Assembly (NCBI GenBank): GCA_964585725.1
Contig: CAZPFD010000003.1
Span: 1-44,574, forward strand
Reading direction: 5' to 3'
DNA from: an uncultured Ectothiorhodospiraceae bacterium
GTDB lineage: Bacteria; Pseudomonadota; Gammaproteobacteria; HK1
DNA: 44,574 bases
A program made the position numbers and the translations under genes. Within the stretch, counting starts at the first letter, position 1; each line of letters starts with the position of its first letter. Below the pieces are notes generated by a model. It did no database searches. It was not told the DNA's origin and worked only from the letters and a program-made list of their open reading frames with translations. Shown piece by piece: positions 19,078-27,652 of this stretch.

Positions 19078-20009
19078 GGCCCGCCTCCGCTGCGTACGCG
19101 CGCGTGCAAGCTCACCACCCGCCCATCGTCGGTGAGCTCCAGCGTGATGTCGACCAGCGTCGCACGTTCACCGGGCGCGCGCGGCAAGCGTTCGACTCGA
19201 AACAAGGCCACACCCTCGGCGAGGGCCCGCTCGGTATAGTCGCTGCCGTCGCCGGCGCCGACATTGGGCATTCGCTCCAGCAGCACGTCGCCGTCCAGCC
19301 GGTAGACGACGTAGTCGAGCCAATCCTCGCTGACCAGCCCGTCCTCGTCGTCGTCGTCGCTGCTGCCTTCGTCGGTCTGTCCGTCCTCGTCGTCGTCGAC
19401 CCCGGCGATGCCCGGCTGTCCGTCGGCGTTGGCGTCGCGGTCCATGTCCTCGTCCACCGCCCCGTCGCCGTCGTCGTCGATCCCGTTGCGGGGATCCTCG
19501 TTCTGAGCGCCGTCCTCATCGTTGTCCTTCCAGTTGGCGTCGTCGACGAAGCCGTTTCCGTTGTCGTCGACTCCACAGATCCCGGGGCAGAAGTCGTTGT
19601 TGTTGTCGCGGCCCGGGTCCTCGTCGATGCGCTCGCGCTCGCCGGGATCCTTGATGCCGTTGTCGTTGTCGTCGAAGAAGTCCTTGTCGTTGTTGGCGTC
19701 GGCGAAGCCGTCGCCGTCGCGGTCGAGCGTCGGATCGAGAGTCACCGCGAGCACATCGCGCACCGACTCGCTGTAGGGCGTGGCTGGGTTCTCCGGGAAC
19801 GGCAGATGGAGCCGGCCGGCCCTCACGGCATCGAGCATGCGCTGCAGGGCGAACTGGGCCTCGCGGTTGAGCGCGTTCCGCGCCTGCGCCTCGGCCCGCG
19901 CTTCCAGGGCGCGGCCCACGATGGCGCCCAACGACAGCGCCAGGATGGCCGCGATGGCCACGGCGACCAGCAGCTCCATCAAAGTGAAACCGCTAGCCCG
20001 CATTTTCAC
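19074..20009 (-). CDS. prepilin-type N-terminal methylation domain protein with Asp-rich thrombospondin type-3-like Ca-binding repeats
   Basis: 311 aa. Leader and cleavage motif MKMRASG|FTLMELLVAVAIAA. Residues ~96-224 are DxDxDG-type repeats (DRDGDGFADANNDKD, DDNGNGFVDD, DDDGDGAVDEDMDRDANADG, DDDEDGQTDE). Confidence 0.75.
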   Translation of the reverse strand: MKMRASGFTLMELLVAVAIAAILALSLGAIVGRALEARAEAQARNALNREAQFALQRMLDAVRAGRLHLPFPENPATPYSESVRDVLAVTLDPTLDRDGDGFADANNDKDFFDDNDNGIKDPGERERIDEDPGRDNNNDFCPGICGVDDNGNGFVDDANWKDNDEDGAQNEDPRNGIDDDGDGAVDEDMDRDANADGQPGIAGVDDDEDGQTDEGSSDDDDEDGLVSEDWLDYVVYRLDGDVLLERMPNVGAGDGSDYTERALAEGVALFRVERLPRAPGERATLVDITLELTDDGRVVSLHARVRSGGGP

Positions 20010-20060
20010 CGGCGCGCGCAGCCTTGGCGCAAGCGGCGGCTCGCGGCGCGTGGAGGAGCG

Positions 20061-20501
20061 TCAACGGCTGGTGAGGGTTTCGAACGCGTGCGCGGTGCCT
20101 TCGATCTCGACCCGCAGCCACAGCAGATCATCGTCGACGCCGGTGAACGGGTCGTCGTCGCCATCGGCGTTATCCCCGTCATAGCGGGAGAGAAACACGA
20201 GCCGGCGCCGGTCCGCGCCGGCGGAGTCGGAGTAGGAGGTAGGTGTCGACGGATTGCCGGCGGCGCTGGCGGCAGTGCTCAGGTCGGCCACGGGCTCCGC
20301 CAGCACGTCCTCGACCTTGGCCATCAGATGGTAGTGATCAGCGATGTGCGACTCGTGCACGCCGCTCGCAGTAAGGCCCCCGTTCAGCGCCGTCAGTGCC
20401 GGGGCAATGCTGATCGCAACCAGCACCGTCGCCACCAGCACCTCCACGTAGGAGAGACCGGTTTGGCGAAGCATGCTCCGGCGGCTCGGATGGGGCGTCA
20501 T
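20061..20501 (-). CDS. minor pseudopilin (GspI-like size)
   Basis: Start chosen at ATG 20501 (ATGA overlap with the upstream stop). Alternative ATG at 20474. Prepilin motif QTG|LSYVEVLVATVLVAISIA. The track ORF extension to 20645 overlaps the gspH-like gene. Confidence 0.65.
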   Translation of the reverse strand: MTPHPSRRSMLRQTGLSYVEVLVATVLVAISIAPALTALNGGLTASGVHESHIADHYHLMAKVEDVLAEPVADLSTAASAAGNPSTPTSYSDSAGADRRRLVFLSRYDGDNADGDDDPFTGVDDDLLWLRVEIEGTAHAFETLTSR

Positions 20502-21034
20502 TGCACCGTGATGCGTCCCACGACCGGCGTCACCGTGATCGTGTGGGCGGCTCCATCGTCGTTTACAGTGACAGTCCCGCTGACCAGCGGGTCGAGATCG
20601 CTCGGGGCGACCGGCTCGCCGCGTTCGTCGAAGGCTACGGCCCACTCCTCGCTGCCGCCGCCCTGATACAGGAACGACGCCACGACCTCCACGCCGCCGG
20701 TGAAGAACCCCTCCGTTACGTCGATATCGTAGATTCTCTTGCTCATCGGGTGGCGAACTTCAAAATGTTCGGTCGGAGGTACGGTTCCCGTATCCAGCCA
20801 GAACACCCGCACGCGTCGCTTGTTCGCCGTCACGCGCACGCCATGGTGTATCCCGGTGCGGCGCGCCTCGCTGCGTGCAAAACGCAGGGCCTCGACGACC
20901 TCGCTCGACGCGAGCGTCAATTTGTTGCCCTTCGACGTCGAAAGCCCCGGCAGGGCGACCAGGGCCACGACGCTCAGAATCAGCGCGACCAGCAGCAGCT
21001 CGGCGAGGGTGAATCCCCTGCACCGCGTGCGCAT
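20498..21034 (-). CDS. GspH/FimT-like minor pseudopilin
   Basis: 178 aa. MRTRCRG|FTLAELLLVALILSVVALVALP, followed by ASSEVVEALRFARSEARR, typical of GspH/FimT. Confidence 0.75.
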   Translation of the reverse strand: MRTRCRGFTLAELLLVALILSVVALVALPGLSTSKGNKLTLASSEVVEALRFARSEARRTGIHHGVRVTANKRRVRVFWLDTGTVPPTEHFEVRHPMSKRIYDIDVTEGFFTGGVEVVASFLYQGGGSEEWAVAFDERGEPVAPSDLDPLVSGTVTVNDDGAAHTITVTPVVGRITVQ

Positions 21035-21071
21035 CGACGATGACCGGCATCCGCCGCCGGGCGAGCGACCC

Positions 21072-21641
21072 CTACAGATCCTCGGTCAGGGTCCCGTCGC
21101 TCAGCGTCTGACCGTCGTTGGCGATGAACCGGCCGGTCTTGAGGTAGAACTTCCAACCCGTATTGTCGTTGGGCGTCCCATCGGCGGCCGCTACCGTGAT
21201 ATCGTCCTCGGCGATGTCGACGGTCACGTCCTGGTCCAGGGTTTCATCCATCGTGAACGGGTTCGGCGGCAGGGCGCTGGTCTTGATATAGGGCCCGAAG
21301 CGATGCGTCGCATCCTTCACCGCGCTCACCGCGCCCGATTTGTCGGTGTACTGCGTGAGCTGCTTGACGAAGGCGGCGGCTGCCTCCGCTGCCGAGCCGA
21401 CGGGACCCGACCCGTCCTCTTTAATAGCCCCCGGGTAGTTGGCGTTGTGCTGGTGGTAATAAAGTTCGACGGCATCCCGCAGCTGCGCCAGATCCGTCTT
21501 CACGGTCGCAACCTTGGCGTCCTCGGTGGAGGCACCGAACTGCGGCACGACGATAGCCGCCAGAATCGCCAGAATGATCACGACGATCAGCAGCTCGACG
21601 AGCGTGAATCCTCGGTGCTTGACCCGCATTCTGTGGCTCAT
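21072..21641 (-). CDS. major (pseudo)pilin, GspG-like
   Basis: Start at ATG 21641 (MSHRMRVKHRG|FTLVELLIVVIILAILAAIVVPQF). Alternative ATG at 21629. TVKTDLAQLRDAVELYYHQHNANYPG resembles the GspG core. The track ORF extension to 22001 is unsupported. Confidence 0.8.
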   Translation of the reverse strand: MSHRMRVKHRGFTLVELLIVVIILAILAAIVVPQFGASTEDAKVATVKTDLAQLRDAVELYYHQHNANYPGAIKEDGSGPVGSAAEAAAAFVKQLTQYTDKSGAVSAVKDATHRFGPYIKTSALPPNPFTMDETLDQDVTVDIAEDDITVAAADGTPNDNTGWKFYLKTGRFIANDGQTLSDGTLTEDL

Positions 21642-21745
21642 GGTCCTTAACATCCGCTGAGTTGGCATGGGAACGAGACTATGCATTCCTGCGGGCATAT
21701 CGGAACACCGGTACCAAACTTTAGCCAAGGGCCCCTTGGAATTCC

Positions 21746-22045
21746 TCATAGCACCCCAACCAGAAGCAGCGCCAGGCCGCCCGTCAACAGCGCCGCCCCG
21801 AACGAGCGGGGGTTGCGCCGTATGAATCCGTCCCAGTGGAAGGTGTGCTCCAGCACCGGCCGGTTGAGGGCGTCCTCGATGAGGTGTTCGCAGCGCCAGC
21901 CCAAGCGCAGGGCGAACAGATACCCCGGGCTGAACGGCGCATTCATGATCTCCTCGATGCGAGACACCGCATCGGGAGCCAGCAGGAACAAGGCCCCCCA
22001 CGATGCGGCGAGTAATCCCACGATGGGAATCAACGCCTCATGCAT
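21746..22045 (-). CDS. small hypothetical membrane protein
   Basis: Good GC3 codon bias. GGAG lies 8 nt upstream of ATG 22045 (the track start at 22063 is TTG). Hydrophobic helices at both ends (IPIVGLLAASWGALFLL; GAALLTGGLALLLVGVL). No family recognised. Confidence 0.4.
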   Translation of the reverse strand: MHEALIPIVGLLAASWGALFLLAPDAVSRIEEIMNAPFSPGYLFALRLGWRCEHLIEDALNRPVLEHTFHWDGFIRRNPRSFGAALLTGGLALLLVGVL

Positions 22046-22172
22046 CCCGATCGCTCCGATCAACGCTCTCTACCCATTTCCTGACGAACGCCGTTCCCCA
22101 TGCGTTGGAACGGCGCCTGAGTTAGAGACGGACCACGCCGCTGAAACTTGAGGCTTTCCTCGCCTGCGCGCC

Positions 22173-23294
22173 TCACCCCACCGCGCGTGAGAGCTTGAAG
22201 ATAGGCAGTATAAGAGAGGCGACCACCAGGCCCACGACGACTCCCATCACCAGGAGCATGACCGGTTCGACCATCCTCGAGAGGTTGGCCAGCTTGCGCA
22301 TGAGCTCCCTCTCGTAGAAGGTGGCGATTCGCGTCATGACCACCGACAGGTTTCCGGACTCATCGCCCGTTGCGATCATCTGTCGGACCAACGGTGGCAC
22401 GAAGACCGTATCCTGGAACGCCCCGGAAATACCCTTTCCTTCGTGCACCTGGCGCTGCACGCGTTCCAGGAACCGGCGAAACTCGGCGTTGTTCACAATC
22501 TCGTGGCAGGCGCGCAATGCGTCCGGGACGCTGACGCCGTTGGCGATGGACAGACCCATCACACGCAGAAACTGCGACAAGTATATTTGTGCGAATACGT
22601 CTCTCAGTACCGGGACGCGCAGCTTCAAGCGGTCGATCGCGGCGGCTCCTTCCGGCCGGCTGATCCATCGATATGCGAGGATGGCTGCGGCTATGACGCC
22701 GCTCAGAACGAACGCCCAGTATTCTCGCAGAAACTCGCTCGCGGCCATCAAGAAGATCGTCGTGAACGGAAGCTGATCGGCGATGTCTGAAAAAAGGTCG
22801 GCAAACTTGGGGAACACGACCACCAGAACGAAGAGCACGACAGCCACCGAGAACACCGCCAGAAAGGCCGGGTAGTAGAAGGTGCTGAGGAGGGAAGCGC
22901 GAAGCTGCATGTTCTTCTCCTCCATCTCCGTCAGCCGCTGCAGGACGGCAATCAGGATGCCGCTGCGCTCCCCCGCCTCGATGAGATTCACGTAACTGCG
23001 TGAAAAGATCCGCGGATGGCGCCCTATGGCTTGCGAGAAGGAGAGACCGGATGCGATGTCCTCTCGGAGCGTTTGCACGACTTCGCGCAAACGGACGTTG
23101 TCGGTCTGCTGCGCGAGGGAGTCGAGACCCGAGTGAAGGGACGTGCCCGTCTCGAGCATCAGGGTGAGCCGCTCGAGGAAGAACATTCGATCCCGGGCGG
23201 AGACGCGCCGCGGCCCGATGCGCAGCTCGCGAAACGCAGGCCGGACCTGCCTGGCCTCGTCTTGGCGCTGGGCGGTTTTGAACTCGATCGCCAT
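22173..23294 (-). CDS. type II secretion / type IV pilus platform protein (GspF/PilC family)
   Basis: 373 aa from ATG 23294, 5 nt after the ATPase stop. Duplicated T2SSF pattern (FFLERLTLMLETGTSLHSGL...; FLRVMGLSIANGVSVPDAL...). The 935-aa track ORF is an upstream extension that runs across the ATPase gene in another frame. Confidence 0.9.
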   Translation of the reverse strand: MAIEFKTAQRQDEARQVRPAFRELRIGPRRVSARDRMFFLERLTLMLETGTSLHSGLDSLAQQTDNVRLREVVQTLREDIASGLSFSQAIGRHPRIFSRSYVNLIEAGERSGILIAVLQRLTEMEEKNMQLRASLLSTFYYPAFLAVFSVAVVLFVLVVVFPKFADLFSDIADQLPFTTIFLMAASEFLREYWAFVLSGVIAAAILAYRWISRPEGAAAIDRLKLRVPVLRDVFAQIYLSQFLRVMGLSIANGVSVPDALRACHEIVNNAEFRRFLERVQRQVHEGKGISGAFQDTVFVPPLVRQMIATGDESGNLSVVMTRIATFYERELMRKLANLSRMVEPVMLLVMGVVVGLVVASLILPIFKLSRAVG

Positions 23295-23299
23295 GGCGG

Positions 23300-25363
23300 T
23301 CAGCTGTGGATCACGCGCGTGACCTCGTCGATGGTGGTCTTGCCATCGAAAGCCTTGCCGATGCCGTCGGAGTACAGGGATTTGATGCCGCGCTTTGCTA
23401 TGTGCCGCGCCAGCGCATCCCGCGACGGGCTCGAGACCATGAGCCGCTGAGTTTCGGCGTCGCACTCGAAAATCTCGTGGATGGCGATGCGGCCCTTGTA
23501 CCCGGAGTCGTAGCACGACGGACAGCCGCGCCCGCGGACGAGGCGCATCTTCTCCGATACTTCGAGGCCGCGCTGAGCCAGTGACTCGGGCGATGCCACG
23601 TAGGAGGTCTTGCACTCCGAACAGACGGTTCGCACCAACCGCTGGGACATCACGCCTATGAGCGCGGACGAAAGCAGGAAAGGCTCTACCCCCATGTCGA
23701 GCAACCGTGTGATGACCCCGGCCGCGTCGTTGGTGTGCAGCGTGGACAGCACGAGGTGACCGGTGAGGGCGGCCTGCACGGCGATCTGAGCGGTCTCCCG
23801 CTCGCGTATCTCTCCGACCATGACGACGTCCGGATCCTGGCGAAGCACGTGCTTGAGCATCTTGGCGAAACCGAGCCCGATATCGTCCTTGATCTGGTTC
23901 TGGTTCACGAGATCGAGCTGGTACTCCACTGGATCCTCGATGGTGACGATGCTCTTCTCGATGCTGTTCAGATAGCTGAGGCCCGCATAGAGCGTCGTCG
24001 TCTTGCCGCTGCCGGTCGGGCCGGTGACGAGTATGAGTCCGTGCGTGTAGGCGAGGAGGCGTCTGAACGTCGCCAGGTTCTGTTCGCTCAGCCCGAGCCG
24101 GTCGATGTCCATCACCGAGCGTGCCTTGTCCAGCACTCGCAGGACGACCTTCTCGCCGAAGATGCCCGGAAGCGAGCTGAAGCGCAGATCGATGGTGCGC
24201 CCCTGGGTGTAGACCTGCATTCGCCCGTCCTGGGGCATGCGGCGCTCGGCGATGTCGAGATTGGCCATGACCTTGAGGCGCGATACCAGCGATGGGTGGA
24301 TCTCGATGGGCAGCTCCATCGTCTGATAAAGCACGCCGTCGATACGGAATCGGATGCGACAGCGAGAGCGAGACGGCTCGACGTGGATATCGCTGGCGCC
24401 GTCTCGAATCGCTCTTTGCACCAGGCCATTGACCAGGTTGATGACCGGGCTTCCGGAAGCCATCTCGTCGATGGCGGAGAAGTCCCCCGGTATCCGGCCA
24501 TCGACCAGCTCGAAGTCCGTTTCCGAGTCGAGCTGGCCGATGTATTCGGAGAGGTTGTAGTCGTCCTTGGCGGGCGCGCCTATGACGTCGAGGATGTCCT
24601 CCGTGCACGCGAGAACGGGGCGGGTCTTGCAGCCGGTGAGCTCCTCCACCGTGTCGAAGCTGGGGATGGCGTGGGGGTCGGCGCACGCGAGATAAAGCGC
24701 GCCGCGCACCTTGAACAGAGGCGCGAGCCGAAGTCGCTTGGCGATGTCGGGGCTGAGCAGCTCGACCACCTCCGGATCGAACAGCCCGGGGCGAAGGCGA
24801 ACAAAGGGGAGCATGAACTGCTCGCTCAGCACGGTCAGCAGCTCCGCCTCCTTGAGCAATCCCCGCTCGAGCAGAATGTTTCCGAGCCGCTTGCCGGTGG
24901 TGCGCTGAACGTCCAGAGCGTCGTTGACGGCCTCCTCGTTGAGGAGGCCGCGCTCTATCAGCCGCTCCCCGAGCTTCCAAGGCTGCTCCGGGCCGAGCGG
25001 CTGCATGCCGGCGTCGGTTCCGGAGCCGAGCTCCTTTTGGTCGGAGAGCGTGATGTAATGCTGCAGTCCCGTGAGCCTGAAGACATCACGGACGGTGGCG
25101 TTTGCGTGTGCGATCTTCAAGTCACCGCCGATGCGGGTTACGCGATCCTGGGTATCCAGCAGCACCTCCAGCGCCGCGCTGTTGACCAGCGTCACGTTCA
25201 CGAAATCCAGAACCAGATGGATGTCGCCGGCCTTGATGCAGGCGTCCATGGTCTCGGTCAGATTGGCGAGATCACTGCGATCGGTGAGTGATCCCGGAGG
25301 GGCCAGGTAGGTGACAAGCCCGATGCGGGAATGGACGACCTCAGACACGGGCCCTCCCCGCAT
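23300..25363 (-). CDS. STAS-MshEN-GspE/PilB-family secretion ATPase
   Basis: 687 aa. Walker A GPTGSGKTTT, Asp/Walker B DPDVVMVGEIRE, tetra-Cys CSECK...CPSCYDSGYKGR. Residues ~10-110 are SpoIIAA/STAS-like (HLVLDFVNVTLVNSAALEVLLD...VRDVFRLTGL). Residues 130-182 are two 24-aa MshEN motifs. Confidence 0.9.
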   Translation of the reverse strand: MRGGPVSEVVHSRIGLVTYLAPPGSLTDRSDLANLTETMDACIKAGDIHLVLDFVNVTLVNSAALEVLLDTQDRVTRIGGDLKIAHANATVRDVFRLTGLQHYITLSDQKELGSGTDAGMQPLGPEQPWKLGERLIERGLLNEEAVNDALDVQRTTGKRLGNILLERGLLKEAELLTVLSEQFMLPFVRLRPGLFDPEVVELLSPDIAKRLRLAPLFKVRGALYLACADPHAIPSFDTVEELTGCKTRPVLACTEDILDVIGAPAKDDYNLSEYIGQLDSETDFELVDGRIPGDFSAIDEMASGSPVINLVNGLVQRAIRDGASDIHVEPSRSRCRIRFRIDGVLYQTMELPIEIHPSLVSRLKVMANLDIAERRMPQDGRMQVYTQGRTIDLRFSSLPGIFGEKVVLRVLDKARSVMDIDRLGLSEQNLATFRRLLAYTHGLILVTGPTGSGKTTTLYAGLSYLNSIEKSIVTIEDPVEYQLDLVNQNQIKDDIGLGFAKMLKHVLRQDPDVVMVGEIRERETAQIAVQAALTGHLVLSTLHTNDAAGVITRLLDMGVEPFLLSSALIGVMSQRLVRTVCSECKTSYVASPESLAQRGLEVSEKMRLVRGRGCPSCYDSGYKGRIAIHEIFECDAETQRLMVSSPSRDALARHIAKRGIKSLYSDGIGKAFDGKTTIDEVTRVIHS

Positions 25364-25381
25364 TTCCGGTCGGATGCTCGC

Positions 25382-27652
25382 TCATCGCCGCGGGCCCTCG
25401 CGCTCGCCGCCTTCCACACGCTCTCTCAACTCGGCAGCTTCCGCCGGGAGTTGACCGGGTGGCGCTGCCGGGTTGGCGTCGCCGACGCCGAATAGATACT
25501 CCGCCAGAGGGCGCGGCCTTCCTATGGCGAACCCCTGCACGAAGTCGACGCCGACGTCGCGCAGGCGACCCAGCATCCACGTTTCTTCCACGAACTCGGC
25601 GATCGTTTGAAGACGCATCACGTGTCCGATGCGGTTGATGGCGTCGACCATCACGTAATTGATGGGATCCTCGATCCCGCGGATCAGCGAGCCGTCGATC
25701 TTCAGATAGTCCATCGGAAGCTGCTTGAGACTCGAGAAGGAGCTGACGCCCTCGCCGAAGTCATCCAAAGAGAAACGGCAACCGCGCTCACCGAGAACCT
25801 GCATGAAGCGAACCGCGGCACCCAGGTTGGAGATGGCGGCCGTTTCGGTGATCTCGAAGCATATGCGCTCGGGTGCGACCCCCGAATCCTCGAGGGCGCG
25901 CATGGCGAACTTGAGAAATTCTTCCTCCGAGAACGATTGGCGGGAGATGTTGATGGCGCATTGCAGCTCGAAACCGGTGGCGGCCAGCGCCTCGAGGGTG
26001 TTGCGGATGACCCAACGATCCACCGCCGGCATGGACCGGTAGCGCTCGGCGGCCGGGATGAATCGAGTGGGGGCGGTGATTCGGCCGGCTTCGTCCAGCA
26101 TGCGCACCAAGACCTCGCAATGCGGCACCGCAGGGGCGCCCTCGGACAAAGGCTTTATCGGCTGCGCATAGAGCTGAAGACGATCCTCCTCCAGTGCGCG
26201 CTGGATTCGGGGCACCCATTGCATCTCCTGGTGGAACGCGGCGTACGTGGCGTCGTCGCGACGGTGCAGGTAGGCGCGGTTGTATCCCTGCTGCTTGGCG
26301 ATGCGGCACGCGGTATCCGCAGTGCTGAGGATCTCCGACACCGGACCGGAGTCGGCGGTGACGGTTGCGACACCCACGCCTGCGCTGATGTCGAAGGGTT
26401 TGCCATCCCAATGGAAACGGTGCTGGTTGATGGCCCTGATGAGCTTCCGTGCAATGAGGACAGCCCGTTTGGCCGGACAGTCTTTCAGCAGGACGGCGTA
26501 CTCGTCGTCCCCCAGGCGCGCCAGCACGTCGTCGCTGCGCATTCGCGCCTCCAGGAGCGATGCCACCTGCCGCAGCAGCTCGTCTCCGGCGGCGGATCCG
26601 CAGGTGTCGTTCACGATCTTGAAGCCGTCGAGATCGAGAAACAGCAGGGCGTGCTCTGCATCCGCACTGCGAGCGAGGAGCACGCTCTCGGTCAGGCGCT
26701 GCTCGAAGCCGCGTCGATTCAGCAGACCCGTGAGCGCGTCGCGGCTCGCCTGCAAGACGGTCGCGGCCTGCTCGGCGAGAACCTCCAGCAGCTTCCTGTC
26801 ACCGTTGCTGAAGTCCGCCCGCCCCGGGAGGTTCACGATGGCGATGAGCCCGAGTACATCGGATCGTGTCGCCAGAATGGGCGAGACCAGCAGCTTCACG
26901 GGGAAGGGCGAAGAGGCGTGCTGCCAGGGCGAGTCCGCCGCATCGTTGGCGACGATGCTGGCCCGCGCGTCCTTCACGCGGCGATACAGCGGGTGACGCA
27001 GCGCAGGCCATACCTCCCACAGCCAGGCGGAGTCGGACTCGCCTTCGTCGCGCTGGCGCTTGATCTCCAGCTTGTCCCCCGGAACCGCGAGAACGGCGCC
27101 GTCCACGCCGAGGTAGGCGATGCAGTCCTCCACCAGCCGGGTCAGCACCTGGCGTCCGTGCTCGGGCTCGTACTTGTGAACCTGCTCCTCCGTCGTGTAG
27201 ACGAGATTGAGCTCCTCGCAGCGCGCCGTGAGCTCGGCCGCCATGCTGTCCAGCTCCAGATTCAACCGGTACTCCTGAAGCAGGCACGACCCGATGCCGG
27301 CGAGGGCGCATTCCAGCCCCTGCTCTGCGGGCGGCCCCGCGGGCTGCGCGCCGGAGTCCACGAGCACCGCGATGGCCGCGACCTGCTCCTCCGGCTCGGC
27401 CTCCAGCGCTTTCACCAGGAGCCGCTTGCCCGACCCGATGTCGCGCGCGAGCGCGGTGCCCCTCTCCATCGCTTGCGAAACGCACAGAGCCGCCTCGAGC
27501 TCGGACCTACAAGGGGTATCCGCCACCCACACGGGCCGTCCCGTCCGGTCGCAGACGGCGAACCCGATCACTTTCCCCAAGGCGGGATCGATGAGCAGCT
27601 CGCAGAGGCGTCGATACTTGTCCGGGTCCAGCGCGCCGAGCGGACGATCCAT
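25382..27652 (-). CDS. GAF-GGDEF(degenerate)-EAL protein, probable c-di-GMP phosphodiesterase
   Basis: Start at ATG 27652 (ATGA overlap with the receiver gene stop). The track ORF extends further. GGDEF position reads LGDDEY. EAL domain has EVLVR, AINIS, EITE, DDFGEGVSS, KIDGSLI and QGF. Confidence 0.85.
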   Translation of the reverse strand: MDRPLGALDPDKYRRLCELLIDPALGKVIGFAVCDRTGRPVWVADTPCRSELEAALCVSQAMERGTALARDIGSGKRLLVKALEAEPEEQVAAIAVLVDSGAQPAGPPAEQGLECALAGIGSCLLQEYRLNLELDSMAAELTARCEELNLVYTTEEQVHKYEPEHGRQVLTRLVEDCIAYLGVDGAVLAVPGDKLEIKRQRDEGESDSAWLWEVWPALRHPLYRRVKDARASIVANDAADSPWQHASSPFPVKLLVSPILATRSDVLGLIAIVNLPGRADFSNGDRKLLEVLAEQAATVLQASRDALTGLLNRRGFEQRLTESVLLARSADAEHALLFLDLDGFKIVNDTCGSAAGDELLRQVASLLEARMRSDDVLARLGDDEYAVLLKDCPAKRAVLIARKLIRAINQHRFHWDGKPFDISAGVGVATVTADSGPVSEILSTADTACRIAKQQGYNRAYLHRRDDATYAAFHQEMQWVPRIQRALEEDRLQLYAQPIKPLSEGAPAVPHCEVLVRMLDEAGRITAPTRFIPAAERYRSMPAVDRWVIRNTLEALAATGFELQCAINISRQSFSEEEFLKFAMRALEDSGVAPERICFEITETAAISNLGAAVRFMQVLGERGCRFSLDDFGEGVSSFSSLKQLPMDYLKIDGSLIRGIEDPINYVMVDAINRIGHVMRLQTIAEFVEETWMLGRLRDVGVDFVQGFAIGRPRPLAEYLFGVGDANPAAPPGQLPAEAAELRERVEGGEREGPRR

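Noticed and set aside
19300-19730. Runs of GTCGTCGTC / GCCGTC that look like a nucleotide tandem repeat.
   Set aside because: They are the antisense of GAC/GAT Asp codons in the Asp-rich pilin repeat region. This is coding-driven periodicity, not a non-coding microsatellite.
21702-21716. Possible sigma54 promoter on the minus strand upstream of the major pilin gene (TGGTACC-GGTG-TTCC).
   Set aside because: The -24 element is imperfect and the essential -12 GC is missing (TTCC instead of TTGC). No enhancer-binding protein is encoded in the locus.
21642-22001. N-terminal extension of the major pilin ORF (309 aa in the track). Similar extensions affect the pilin at 20061-20645, the GGDEF gene (to 15259), the GGDEF-EAL gene (to 27856), the permease (from 37257) and the PAP2 gene (to 37798).
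   Set aside because: The extensions would bury the prepilin leader or signal peptide, or they overlap neighbouring real genes. Internal starts give canonical N-termini and operon spacing.
22173-24980. 935-aa track ORF apparently fusing a large N-terminal region to the GspF-like protein.
   Set aside because: The upstream 560 codons overlap the GspE-family gene in a different frame and are Arg/Gly/Pro-rich. A good ATG at 23294, 5 nt after the ATPase stop, yields a normal 373-aa GspF.
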